This document shows positions 10,001 through 21,254 of a stretch of 64,000 nt of DNA, in pieces. The DNA is taken from the NCBI GenBank assembly GCA_051599415.1, contig AP039704.1:62001-126000 (forward strand), written 5' to 3'. The DNA is from Savitreella phatthalungensis (lineage: Eukaryota). The notes under the pieces were generated by a model. That model was not told where the DNA came from. It worked only from the letters and a program-made list of their open reading frames with translations, and ran no database searches. Numbering within the stretch: position 1 is the first letter of the stretch; each line of letters begins with the position of its first letter. The position numbers and the translations under genes were made by a program.

Positions 10001-11437
10001 ATGCCTCGAGGAAAGAGACGGAAGCTCAGCCCAACTTCATCCTCTAGAGGCAGTGGTGACGATGAACTGGCCCCGGATGATCAAACAACTACAGCTACCA
10101 GGGTGTCTACAAGACAGAGAAGAGCACCAAATACCAAGAACGCTTCTACATCGACGACGCCGGCTGTTGCAAAAGGCAGGCGAGGCAAATCCGCTAGATT
10201 GAATCATGAGGATGCCGCTGCCAGACTGCTGGCTCAAGTCGGGAGGGAGGAAGATGACGATGACGACGATGATGAGGATGATGAATATGCTGATGAATAC
10301 ATGCACGATGTTAATGACGCTGCAGCTGCGAATGGTTTGTATGCTAATGGCGGTGCTCACGACAGAGACGATGATGATGAGGACGACGACGACACGCGTG
10401 GTGGCAGAGCTGAACCGACAGGGTTCGAGGCGTACTTCGAGCAAGTTTCTCGCCGAACCAAGACGTCTGACAATACGCTGTCTCGGCTGCCACCGATGAC
10501 GCGGCAGGAGTACACGGACTTGTTGGCTGGCTATACGAATGATGACCAGGTGAAGCAGTCCGCTGCGCTGATGAAGGCGCACGTCGAGCTGTACGAGGAG
10601 TGGGCGCTTGAGCTTGAGCACGGCTTCAACTTGTGCTTCCACGGATACGGATCGAAGAAGGCCGTTCTGGAAGGTTTAGCAGAGGAGGAGTTTGCCCACG
10701 TGCATGCTGTCATTGTCGATGGATATCATCCTCGTGCTGATCTAAGAAGCTTGTGCGGGAGCATCACCGCAGGCCTTGGAGCTGCGGGAAATGATGTGGA
10801 CGCCGCGTTGCGAGCCCTCGATGAATACACCGTCGACGAGGGCGAGGATGATACGGTCCTGCTGGTGATACATAATATCGACGGCGAAGGTCTCCGGACT
10901 GAGAAGACGCAGGCTGCGATTTGCAGACTTGTGGGTCACGAAAAGGTGAAACTGATCTGCTCGATCGACCACGTGAAGGCACCGCTGATGTGGTCCACGA
11001 GTAAGTTGCTCCAACTGGGAGTGATCTACCACGATGCCACGACGCTCGTGCCGTACGATGTGGAAACGGCTTTACTCGGCGGCGGATCTGGCGATGTCTT
11101 TGCAGACAGAACAAAGCTGAGCGGTCTGACTGGGGACCGCGGGATCAGGTGGATTCTGCAGACGTTGTCGCAGAATGCCCGGTCAATCTTCAGGATCCTG
11201 CTGCAGGCACAGATCCAGACTGGTTCCGGGCTTGAGAGCAGCAGATTGTACCAGCTCTCGAGTGAAGCTTTTGCTGTATCGAATTCAACCTCGTTCAATG
11301 CACAGCTCGGTGAGTTCCTCGATCACGAGATCATCACCGTTGCGAGGGAACAAGGGCTTGGGGAAGTGTACAGGATTCCATTTGAGAAAGAGCAGCTGGA
11401 GAGGTTGTTGGAGGAGATTGACGCTGAGGGTGACTGA
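10001..11437 (+). CDS. ORC2: Origin recognition complex subunit 2
   Basis: FEAYFEQ...KTSDNTL, GFNLCFHGYGSKK, LVIHNIDG, ICSIDH, YHDATTLVPY; start inferred at MPRGKRRK (10001), ORF open from 9839. Confidence 0.92.
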   Translation: MPRGKRRKLSPTSSSRGSGDDELAPDDQTTTATRVSTRQRRAPNTKNASTSTTPAVAKGRRGKSARLNHEDAAARLLAQVGREEDDDDDDDEDDEYADEYMHDVNDAAAANGLYANGGAHDRDDDDEDDDDTRGGRAEPTGFEAYFEQVSRRTKTSDNTLSRLPPMTRQEYTDLLAGYTNDDQVKQSAALMKAHVELYEEWALELEHGFNLCFHGYGSKKAVLEGLAEEEFAHVHAVIVDGYHPRADLRSLCGSITAGLGAAGNDVDAALRALDEYTVDEGEDDTVLLVIHNIDGEGLRTEKTQAAICRLVGHEKVKLICSIDHVKAPLMWSTSKLLQLGVIYHDATTLVPYDVETALLGGGSGDVFADRTKLSGLTGDRGIRWILQTLSQNARSIFRILLQAQIQTGSGLESSRLYQLSSEAFAVSNSTSFNAQLGEFLDHEIITVAREQGLGEVYRIPFEKEQLERLLEEIDAEGD

Positions 11438-12613
11438 CGGAGTAAAAATGGTCGTGACATGATAGATGAAGTTCAGACGGGCAAATGCCGATTCAGAATT
11501 GTCTACTTCACCCACGTGACCTTTGCGTTTCCCGTCAATGACACCCGGTTCAATCGCTGAGCGCTCAATGAGGATGGTAGACTATCCCGCCACCAAGTAC
11601 CGCAGCGTCTTGCGCTGAGTTGTTCCGCTGCAAATGGATCCGGAGGACCTTGAGGATTGGTCTTTCCATGGCAAATAGGTTTGAAAACGGATCATCCGAA
11701 AGTTAGCGTCATATGCTTCGACAAGAATGCTAATGAGCGTATTTTTGTCTTCCCAGGGATGACTTGTACACGAATTCGCCACGGAAAGTATTACAAACGA
11801 TGATGTGTAGCGGGATCTAGTTTTGGCTTTGTGCACGTGCCAGTTGCATGAACAATGTACACTCCAAATCTAGTATGAAGCTGCTATACGGTCATCGAGA
11901 TTCTGACCTATGTTCTCCTGCTGCTGAGTGCTCGAGCAAGGTCATGACTTTGCAACATCTCTCAAAGAACTCTCGAAGGAAGCCTACCGGCGGGCGCTTT
12001 TCATCCTGGACTTTATGTACTGCTATCAAGTGAGTAATCAGCATCATGTGCGCTCTTGGTAAGTTGTTGAAATGACCTTCAGCAGCAGCAGCTCAATCCC
12101 CATCTCTTGGACTGTGGCGAAGATGTATGTATTCTTCCAGTTCAAGCAGAATATACCCGGCCTGATAAACAGTGGCGATCACGTGTGTCAAAGCCCATGC
12201 ATTTGTGCATTCTTGTCAAATTCAGTCGATTTTCAAAATCAGATTTATAATTCTTCGCTAGAGACTGATCGAGCTCTGAGACTAGACATTATGGATCACG
12301 TGCACAATGATCTAAGAATTCTATTATTCAGACTGTGTAAGTATAATAGAATATTTGAATTCAAATTGAGTCCTGTACGTATAGCTACAGCTATAGGAGC
12401 ATTATATTCATCTTGCACGAGATTTCTCTCTCACCACTCTCTTAATATATGCACACGTACGTCCTCCACTGTACGTTCAGCCTGGAAAGTCACTCACACA
12501 CACTGACACAGACAGACAGAGACAGATTGTAGGGTAACGTTAGACGCGCCTTCCACTCTCTGCACTCCTCATACCCATACACCCACTTACACTCCCACAT
12601 ACACACGCCCACT

Positions 12614-12661
12614 CACACCCACACCCACACCCACACCCACACCCACACCCACACCCACACC
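12614..12661 (+). repeat. (CACACC)8 microsatellite upstream of the DUF2433-like gene
   Basis: Eight tandem CACACC units read directly, embedded in a CA-rich tract. Confidence 0.9.
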
Positions 12662-12963
12662 TACACTCGACTGCAGACGTCATCCTCCCCCCGAAAGACG
12701 CGCGCCTGCAACGCTCCTCTCCAAACAACCTGAAGGAGAAGAATCTCACTTCTCATTACAGACTATTACCCCCAAAAAACCCACTTGTTCCTCAAAACCC
12801 TCTCTTTGGAACATCTCTCTACTTTCCCCCTAATCATCCCCTTCGTTGACGACCTCCACTTCAGTCAGCAACACTCTCCTTTTCTTAGATCTTCTAACCG
12901 ATCGTCAATTCTACCTTTGAGTCATTTGAGCCAACCCCGAAGATCTTTCCTCTCTCCTACGTC

Positions 12964-15195
12964 ATGTCGCGTTATCATCAGCAGCAGCAACAACAACAAC
13001 AGCAGCACCACCATCACCATTCCTCTGCTCATCCTCACGCTCACGGCCACCATGCTCACATGAATGGCACAACTGCAGCACCCCCATCGTCCACTACACC
13101 CACAGCACCAGGAGGAGCACAGGTCAACCAGGCAAACGGGAGACAGGCAGCCTTACACGCCGGCCACTCATCAAATCCTCCCTCGGCGCTCTCACAGCCT
13201 CGCATGGTCACCTCCAGGGACGGCACAGCACGGATTCTCTGTCTTGCAGACATTCGAGGACAGCTCTCCAGCCTCAACCACCTCGCAAGGCAGTACGATG
13301 CAACCCACATCCTCCATACAGGTGATTTCGGCTTCTATGAGAAGGAATCGGTCGAGCACATGGGCGACAAAACGCTCAGGCACGTCCTCCAGTACTCACC
13401 TCTCGTCCCACACAACCAGCGCTCCTCCACCTTCAACACCTCTTCAGCAGCGGACATCGCAAACCTGCGGAGGGCAGTCAAGCAGGCAGAAAACCCGGTC
13501 CTGTCCGAGCTGGAGGACTTTGTCAGCGGCAGGCAGCGACTCGACGTGCCCGTCTACACCGTCTACGGAGCCTGTGAGGACGTTCGCGTGCTCGAAAAGT
13601 TCCGGGCAGGTCAGTACACCGTCCCGAATCTCAACATCGTCGACGAGTCATCCTCTCGCCTGCTCCAGGCAGGAGGTCTCAGCCTCCGACTGCTCGGTCT
13701 CGGCGGTGCAGTCGTCCTTCACAAGCTCTTCGACAACGGTGACGGCAAGAGCACTATCGCCGGAGGACAGGGCACCATGTGGACGACCGCGCTCCAGATT
13801 GGCGAATTGCTTCAAACGGCAGAGCGCAACTACGCAGCATCCGAGACGCGCATCCTCATGACTCACCACTCTCCCGGCAGAGAGGGGCTCCTCACCCAGC
13901 TCGCACACACCGTCAAGGCGGACTTCACCATCAGCGCTGGCCTCCACTTCCGCTACGGTTCCTCCTACAACGACTACAGTGTCAGCGGCTCTACGAGCAT
14001 CTTCAATGCCCGCCTTGCAGCATCACGTGCCAACATGCTCGCCATCTACGAGGTCGTCAAGCCTGAGCTCACCCAGCTGCTCTCTCCGCAGCAATCGCAG
14101 CTGCTCGATGGTCTCCTCGCCATGGTTCAGTCGATGCCAAAGGATGGATCCGACATCTCCACCCTCGCAGAGACGCTCTACAAGAACGTCTGGCACTTCA
14201 ATCTCCCGGACGCCCAATTTGGATCGCTCCTGCTCGATGTGCGAGATGGCAAGGTGTCGCAGGAGATGCGCTCCCAAGGATTCAACTTTGGCTACCGCCG
14301 TGCCGCAGGACAGCACTCATCCCAGTCGCAGCATCCTCAACAGAATTTCGCCGACAAGAACAGTCGAACCGTGTCCCAAGCACATCTCCCGCCCACGACT
14401 CTCCCACAGCAGGCACGTGCACCACACCAGGCAGGACCACCGCTGAAGCCACAGCAACAGCCACAGCAGCAGCAGCAGCAGCTTCCTCAGTCCCAGACTC
14501 ACGCAGCTGGACCTGCATCAAACATGGCATCGACGAAGCCTGAGCGGAAGCAGAAAGACAAGAAAGATCTTCCAACTGCAGGACCCGCCGGCGGAAAGGC
14601 AGGAGACAGGGCTAGACTGCCTCCTGTGCCGACTGCTGCCGCGATCGAGGGCAACAGCGGCGGCAAGACGTCGACGAGTGCCGCGACAGCACCTATCGCA
14701 GCGACCAACACGCCGCTGCCGAGCGAGGATGTTGCTGGCGACGACGACTCTGCGGACGATGCCGGCAAGCCTTCTGCCGGGGGCGATGCACCGCCACGCC
14801 ACCTGGGACTGTGGGTCTCACCCTGCGCGTCAGAAGAGCGCGCGCGTGAGCTGTTCCCAAGCCTCGCACGCGTCGAGACGCGAGGTGGCAACCCTGGCAG
14901 ACCATACTGCTACGTCTATTTCCAGACGGTCGAAGCCATGAACCAAGCACTCGAGTCCTTTAACGCCAAACCCGACAAGGAAGGCGTCCTTGCAAAAGAA
15001 ATGGACGCGCCTTCGGGATCAGGCGCACAGAGCCGTTCAAAGCGTACGGGATCCGCCAGAGGTGGCAAGAAAGCGCGAGCAAAGAAAGCTCATGCAGAGG
15101 CAACCGCAGCAGCAGCCGCAGCTGCAGCAGCCGCACCAGGAGGAGCAACATCCTCAGCACCAGCATCAACACCAGCAGCAGGACCAGCATCATAG
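12964..15195 (+). CDS. Fungal metallophosphoesterase-like (DUF2433-type) protein with Q/H-rich termini and a C-terminal RRM-like segment
   Basis: ILCLADIRG, ILHTGDFGFY, VYGACED, ILMTHHSP, SAGLHFRYGSSYN; RNP-like YCYVYF near the C-terminus. Confidence 0.7.
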   Translation: MSRYHQQQQQQQQQHHHHHSSAHPHAHGHHAHMNGTTAAPPSSTTPTAPGGAQVNQANGRQAALHAGHSSNPPSALSQPRMVTSRDGTARILCLADIRGQLSSLNHLARQYDATHILHTGDFGFYEKESVEHMGDKTLRHVLQYSPLVPHNQRSSTFNTSSAADIANLRRAVKQAENPVLSELEDFVSGRQRLDVPVYTVYGACEDVRVLEKFRAGQYTVPNLNIVDESSSRLLQAGGLSLRLLGLGGAVVLHKLFDNGDGKSTIAGGQGTMWTTALQIGELLQTAERNYAASETRILMTHHSPGREGLLTQLAHTVKADFTISAGLHFRYGSSYNDYSVSGSTSIFNARLAASRANMLAIYEVVKPELTQLLSPQQSQLLDGLLAMVQSMPKDGSDISTLAETLYKNVWHFNLPDAQFGSLLLDVRDGKVSQEMRSQGFNFGYRRAAGQHSSQSQHPQQNFADKNSRTVSQAHLPPTTLPQQARAPHQAGPPLKPQQQPQQQQQQLPQSQTHAAGPASNMASTKPERKQKDKKDLPTAGPAGGKAGDRARLPPVPTAAAIEGNSGGKTSTSAATAPIAATNTPLPSEDVAGDDDSADDAGKPSAGGDAPPRHLGLWVSPCASEERARELFPSLARVETRGGNPGRPYCYVYFQTVEAMNQALESFNAKPDKEGVLAKEMDAPSGSGAQSRSKRTGSARGGKKARAKKAHAEATAAAAAAAAAAPGGATSSAPASTPAAGPAS

Positions 15196-15443
15196 TTAGC
15201 CTTTGACAGAACTAAACTCAAGACCTGATTAATTCAATATGGCTCTCTATATGCTCTACCGTCTTCGTAACCCATCCTAGATCTAGAATATCCTTCTGCT
15301 TGTACTCCATCTGAGAATTTCAATTTTGTCGTCATGCGATCGACGATACGCGTCCTGAAATCATATATTGCACAAAAAGGTTGCGCGTAAAGACGAGTCG
15401 CTCATCACACCCATTCACAGCCACTCCTATCCAACACCCAGTC

Positions 15444-16566
15444 ATGTCGCTCTGGGTAGATAAGCATCGTCCTAAACAGCTATCAAAGCTAGACTATCAT
15501 CCTGATTTGACCAAATCACTCTCTTCACTCGCTCGCTCACCTGACTTCCCACACATCCTGTTCTACGGACCGGTAAGCGTGCGACAATCCCTGCCTTTCA
15601 CCCTACTGACACACGTAGTCCGGTGCTGGAAAGAAGACGCGGGTGGTGGCGACACTTCGTGAGATTTATGGTTCTGGTGTTGAGAAACTGCGGGTTGACC
15701 AACGTGTGTTTGTGACGCCTTCTAATCGGAAGCTTGACATCACGCTGCTTCAGAGCAACCACCACATCGAGCTGACTCCTTCAGACGCTGGGAACTACGA
15801 TCGCGTTGTGATTCAGGACTTGCTGAAGGAGGTTGCTGGGAGTGCGCCCGTGGAGAGCGGTGTGCGGCGGCGGTTCAAGGTGGTGGTGATCCACGAGGCG
15901 GACTCGCTGACAAGGGAGGCGCAGGCGGCGCTCAGGAGGACGATGGAGAAGTACGCTCGCAATCTCAGGCTCATCCTAGTCGCCAACACCACCTCACGCA
16001 TCATCGCACCCATCCGATCCCGATGTCTCCTGGCGCGCATCCCAGCACCCTCCGATCCACAGCTCGTCGCCGTCCTACACAAGACAGTGGCCAAGGAGAA
16101 GGTCACGCTCGGCGACGCACTCGCCGCCAGGATCGCAAAGGCAGCCGATGGAAACCTCAGGAGAGCGTTGCTCATGCTCGAGACTGTGTATGCAAAGGAT
16201 GGGTCACTAGGAGAAGGAGCGGTGGTGTCACCGCCTGATTGGGAGACGTATGTGGGTGGTCTGGCAGATTTGATGGTTAGGAAACAGGACAACACGACGA
16301 TTTTGGAGGTCAGGAGTGGTGTGTATGAGTTGCTGACTCACTGTATTCCTGCGCAGCTGGTGATGGCTGGCTTGTTGAAGGAGTTGGTCAAGAGGGTGGA
16401 TGATGCGTGCAAGCCTGAGATTGTCAAGTGGGCTGCGTTTTACGAGCACCGGCTGGCGCTTGGGTCAAAGGCGATCTTCCACATCGAAGGGTTTGTCGCG
16501 AAAGCGATGGTCTTGATCAACGCCAGCTTGAACGGCATGGATTTCCCAAATGACGACGACTTCTAA
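15444..16566 (+). CDS. RFC5: Replication factor C subunit 5, 2 exons (15444-15572, 15619-16566)
   Basis: MSLWVDKHRP; 46-nt intron GTAAGC..CTGAC..TAG restores Walker A GPSGAGKKT; AQAALRRTMEKY, PIRSRC, GSKAIFHIEGF. Confidence 0.95.
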
Positions 16567-16920
16567 AACCCTATGAATGAGCCAGGGTCACGACCTATAG
16601 CAACCTCACGCTCATAAGCACGCCAGCACGACCACCCGAGTCGATCGATCGCTAGCGACCGCAGCGACCGAACGGTGTCTAAGAGTGCGGCATCCCCGTA
16701 CAGGCCACCGGTAGGATTGTCTGCTAGCGCTTTTGACGCAGCTAGGATCTCGTTCAACGCACGACCGTTCTGTCCGCCGGCGAGGTACATCCGGCTTCGC
16801 AACACACATGCTCGTGCCTTGTCCTTTCCGGACCCGTCGCCCGTGGACCATCGTAGGTAGGCTAGTACCGCAGGTCCCTGATCCAATCCCTTTCCGAGAA
16901 CGCCACTGTCGCCTGTCGCT

Positions 16921-16951
<31 letters not shown>

Positions 16952-19900
16952 TTCGTACTAGCTCCACACGCACCTGCTTGTCGAGTGCCTTGATGAGCCA
17001 GTCCTTGCGTTCGCTGAACAGCCGGCGCTTCTCTCTAGCAGCGTCGTCCATGAGTGGGTCGTCCTCAGGAAGGTCAGCTTTGCCGTCTTGGCGGGTGCCG
17101 TAATAAAGTGCGAGCTCGTCCGCCTTGCACAGATCTTTGACCGAGTTGGCCAGGCGGTCGAGTGTGTCGAGGTCCTTGCTGTCGTCTGCAGTGATCACTT
17201 CGTCCTTCCCGGCGGTCGAGGAAGTGAGTGAGGATAGAAGCTTCTCGGTCGGGTCAGGGACAGCTTCCAGCAACGCACCTAGACACGCCAGGTCTTCGGG
17301 GCTTCCACGATGGAGGTCCTCCAGGTACGCAACTCTGTCCTTGGCGTCCACAATCCGCGTCGACAAATCGATCTGTAGATCTAGCAACCGCTTCTTCTTT
17401 GCCGCAGACTCGTCCGCCTCGCTCTCCTTCTTCTTGTCAGACTTGGACGCGGAAGATTTGCCCGATGAGCCGGTAATCTTCGCCGGCGGGACAACGAGCT
17501 TTAGCCGCGTGCTTAGCTCCTTTTGCGCGCCGAGCTGCAGGGATCCCAGGAGGATGTCGCCGACCGCCGCTTCTTTCGGCGTGTCACAGCTGGTACCAAC
17601 GACGAAGCTACGCAGACCGCCACGCGAGAGCCTCTCGTTCTTGAAGTCGTGCTTCGGTCCAGTCCAAACGGTCAAATGTGTGTTGTAGAGATCAAGGTCG
17701 ATCGCCTTGTCGAGCTTCGTATCGATGGCAACAATCCAGCCGGCCTTGTCGAGTTTGTCGAGCAAGGCGCGGTCCGAGTGAACGAGCTCTGCACGCAAGG
17801 TGTACGTACCGCGGTCGAGCTTGATTTTCTCAGGATAGGTTGATCCGACCTTGACCAGGTTCTTGCGGCCGTCGTAGATCTGGTAGAGGGAGCTCATGAA
17901 GGGGGTTTCGTACAGCGTGCCGCTGACTGGGAGGACAACGCTGATCTCCGCAGACGGATTGTCCACCTTGACAGTGTATTGCGCCACGAGCTCATACAGC
18001 CTGTCCTTGTTTTCAAGCACGTCACGCTCGCCGAGTGCTGTTAGAGTCGACTCGGTCGGTCGCAGATGGCGTCGGACCATGTCGAGTCGTGCGGATGGTT
18101 TGACCTCTTCCACGCCAATGTTGGAGCAGAGGGTGAGACGCTTGTACCCGCTACCTCCCTCGAGCGCGACTTCTGAACCGCCGTCGAGCAGCGACAAACC
18201 GTGCAGGTCGAGCTCAAAGTCCAGGACTGCAGCCTTGTCGGCCAGAGAGGACCAGAATTGTGCGAAGCAGATCTCTGCCGTCACGCCGCCCACAAGCTTG
18301 AAGGTCTTCGTAAAGGCTGCTGCTTGAAGAGAGTCTCCGAGGTTGGTCGCAAATGCCGTAGACGTTCTCGTTCGCCGCTCGAGAGGCAGGAACTGGGTGA
18401 CTGCTCCCCAGAGCTGAACGGGCGTCGCAATGTCGCGCGAGGTGACTCGCAAGGTCGCTCCACGTACGCCCTTTGGAATCGCGAAAAAGCGTCTCTCAAT
18501 TCTGCCGGAAGTGAAGGTCAAGTCGCGCAGCTCCACCTTGCGCTTGCCCTCGATAGCCTCTGGCTTGATGACTGTAACTGGAATGCTGAACAGGGTCTGC
18601 TCGTCGATCTTGGCTTCGATGGAGGAGATGTACAGTCCTGGTGTCAGGGACGTAGGGTCGACTTTGACTTGGATAGTCCGTCCTGTGTTGTTAAGTGTGA
18701 TGAAGCTGGCTGTCGAGACGTGCGATGCGGTATTGTGTAGATTGAGGTGCAGATCGAGATCGAATTTCTTTCGAGTCGCCTCCTGCCTGAAGAAAGGCTT
18801 CAGTTCGACGTTGAAGACTGTAGGGACGAGAGCCTCAAGCTCACGCAGAAGAACACCGCGTGCTTGACCGTCAACCTTGACATCGATGTAGAACTCAGGG
18901 TCGATCGGTTCGCCCTTGACGAGGTCGACGTGGGCTGCAACGACGTCGAGCATACGCGTGCCGAACTCGTCACCGACATCCTTGCCGGTGCGAACGAGGG
19001 CACGACGGAGGCTTCCGGGTGTGTACGGCTTGCCTTCTGCCTTGAGAGCAGAGATAAGCAAGGCGATGTTGCCACAAGCGTTGGGGCTCGACATGGAGGT
19101 ACCGTTCATGAGTTGGGAGTGGTTGAGTGCGTAAGGTGGGACGCAGGTGACTGCTGCACCAGGTGCGAAGATTGTCACTCCGATATCTCCGTCGATGGAT
19201 GGTCCACGTGATGACCAGGTATACGGAGAGTCGCCGGCAGAGGACCGCAGAGCGTACATGGCTTCGGCCATCTCCTTCGAGACGTATGCGCCCACAGACA
19301 CAACGTCAGTGGTCATGCCACCGGGAGCTCCGATCGTGCTGTATCCTGGGCCGTTGTTGCCGGCGCTTGAGACGACAGTGATGCCGTGCTTTCGGATGAC
19401 CTTGTCACGCATGTAATCCATCACGGGTCCGGCGTTAGCCAGGTCGGAATCTTCGCCGAACGAGATGTTGATGCAATCCACGCCGAGGTTGATGGCAGCC
19501 GTCATGGCACGCATGAAGCTCTGGGATGTCTCGAGCGAGTCGAGACGATCATCACCGATCTTCATCGAGATGATCTGTGCGCCTGGAGCTACGCCATTCA
19601 GCACAGGGTTCTCCTCGAAGTTGGCGGCGACGATGCCTGCGACGTGCGTGCCGTGGGTTCCGGAGCAAGTCACAATCGACAGGATATTCTCGTCGTAGAA
19701 GTTGAAGGAATAGCTCATCAGAGATTCGTCGCAGAAGCACGCCCACTCCTGAGCGATGTGATACGCGCGCATCGCTTGGCTCTTCGAGAGATCACCGGTC
19801 TCTGACACATCGACAATTGCCCAGGGCTGCTTCTCAGGAGAGGCCTTGTCCAGTTCGGTGGTGATTTCTGGGCGGAAGACTACGCAGTCGACGGCGGGAC

Positions 19901-20522
19901 CAAGCTCCGTGTACTCCTTCGCCAGGCTCTCGAGGGCGGCAATTTGCGCCTCTGCCTCCTTGCGGCGGAGTAGAGCATCGTCCTCATCCTCACCCTCCTT
20001 CTTGTCCTGTGGTTTTTGTCCAGTGCCCTTCGCGAGGTTGTCGATGGCCGATTGGGCAGCAGCAACGGTCGTGTGGTGTTCCTGCATGAAACGCTCTTTT
20101 CGCTGTTTGGAGACCCGTCTGACGAGGTCTTTTGGCCAGAGCTCATAGATGCGCTTGAGCCCGAGCTGCCATGCTCCAGGACCCGTGACAAGCTTACTCG
20201 GGAGGATTAGAGTTCTGCCGGAGAGTCCAGTGAGCTCGTAGATGCCCTTAGTGGCATCCAGTCTCACCTTGTCTTGTGCGAGAGGCTGCAGTGTTACATC
20301 TCCTGCGCCTGTACAGTCGAGAAGATCCACAATCTTTGGCTGGCCATGGGAAGTCTTGTTTAGACCTGCGCTGCCAGGATCCACACCAGTGTCAAAGATG
20401 GCCACTTTGACACCACGGCCGTCGTATTCTGGGTTCTCTTTGAGGAAACGGTCCGCATTGGTCTCGCGCTTGGGCAGGAGACTAGCGATAAGTGGGTTGG
20501 TCTGATTCGCTGGCGTAGCCAT
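16563..20522 (-). CDS. TPP2: Tripeptidyl-peptidase II (subtilisin S8 family)
   Basis: PEYDGRGVKVAIFDTGVDPG, HGTHVAGI, LMNGTSMSSPN catalytic triad; first ATG at 20522 with an open in-frame extension to 20654. Confidence 0.95.
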
Positions 20523-21254
20523 GCTAGAAGAAGCTCTCCCTACTATGACGAAAGGGCTTGTAGATGTTTTGAGAGCGACTGGATGAAGCAGCCTAGCTAA
20601 CGGTCTGGCTGATATAAACGCCAGTCTAGATGTCGCCAGCGTATTGCAGGACAATAGATAACGGTGTGAGATGATGTGATTGAAGGAAGCTCTCGGGTTG
20701 TTTGGTCAGCAGAGCAACAGAGGGTCACGAGCTTCCAGCCAGTGGATGAACGAGCGAGCAAGGAGTGCAGAGAAAGGCTAAGCGGTCCCAACACAGCTTG
20801 AAACGAGGTGAATGTGCGTGGGAGCGTCCGTGTGATGGTCTGATCAATCCGAACACTGTATCACGAGTCCTTCAGAGGAGAGCAGATAGTACCACGCTCA
20901 ATGACTCAGACAAGCAGATGGACGGATCAAGGACTGGTATAGATACGAGATGGATGATGTCGTCGTCTTCTTTGTGCAACCGTCTGTTGTCGTAGATGTG
21001 CATGCGTACCACAGTGATACTGCTGTTTGTGCATCTGGAATAATAGGGTGGAAGTGGTCAATTACACGTGATGTCATATCAGAGGATATTGCTTTAGACG
21101 CGTCTCACGAGCACATACTTGGCATCCACCTTCCTCACCCTCCTCTTCATTTTCTTCTACTTCTACTGTCCTCCTTCGCGGTATAACGCGTCATTCGCTT
21201 GGCTATGGCGATCTAGACTGCTGTAGCTGCTGAAGAGGATGCTCTCCCAATGAT

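Noticed and set aside
12614..12661. (CACACC)n as a telomere or chromosome end
   Set aside because: Only 48 bp, internal and flanked by normal genes; best treated as a microsatellite
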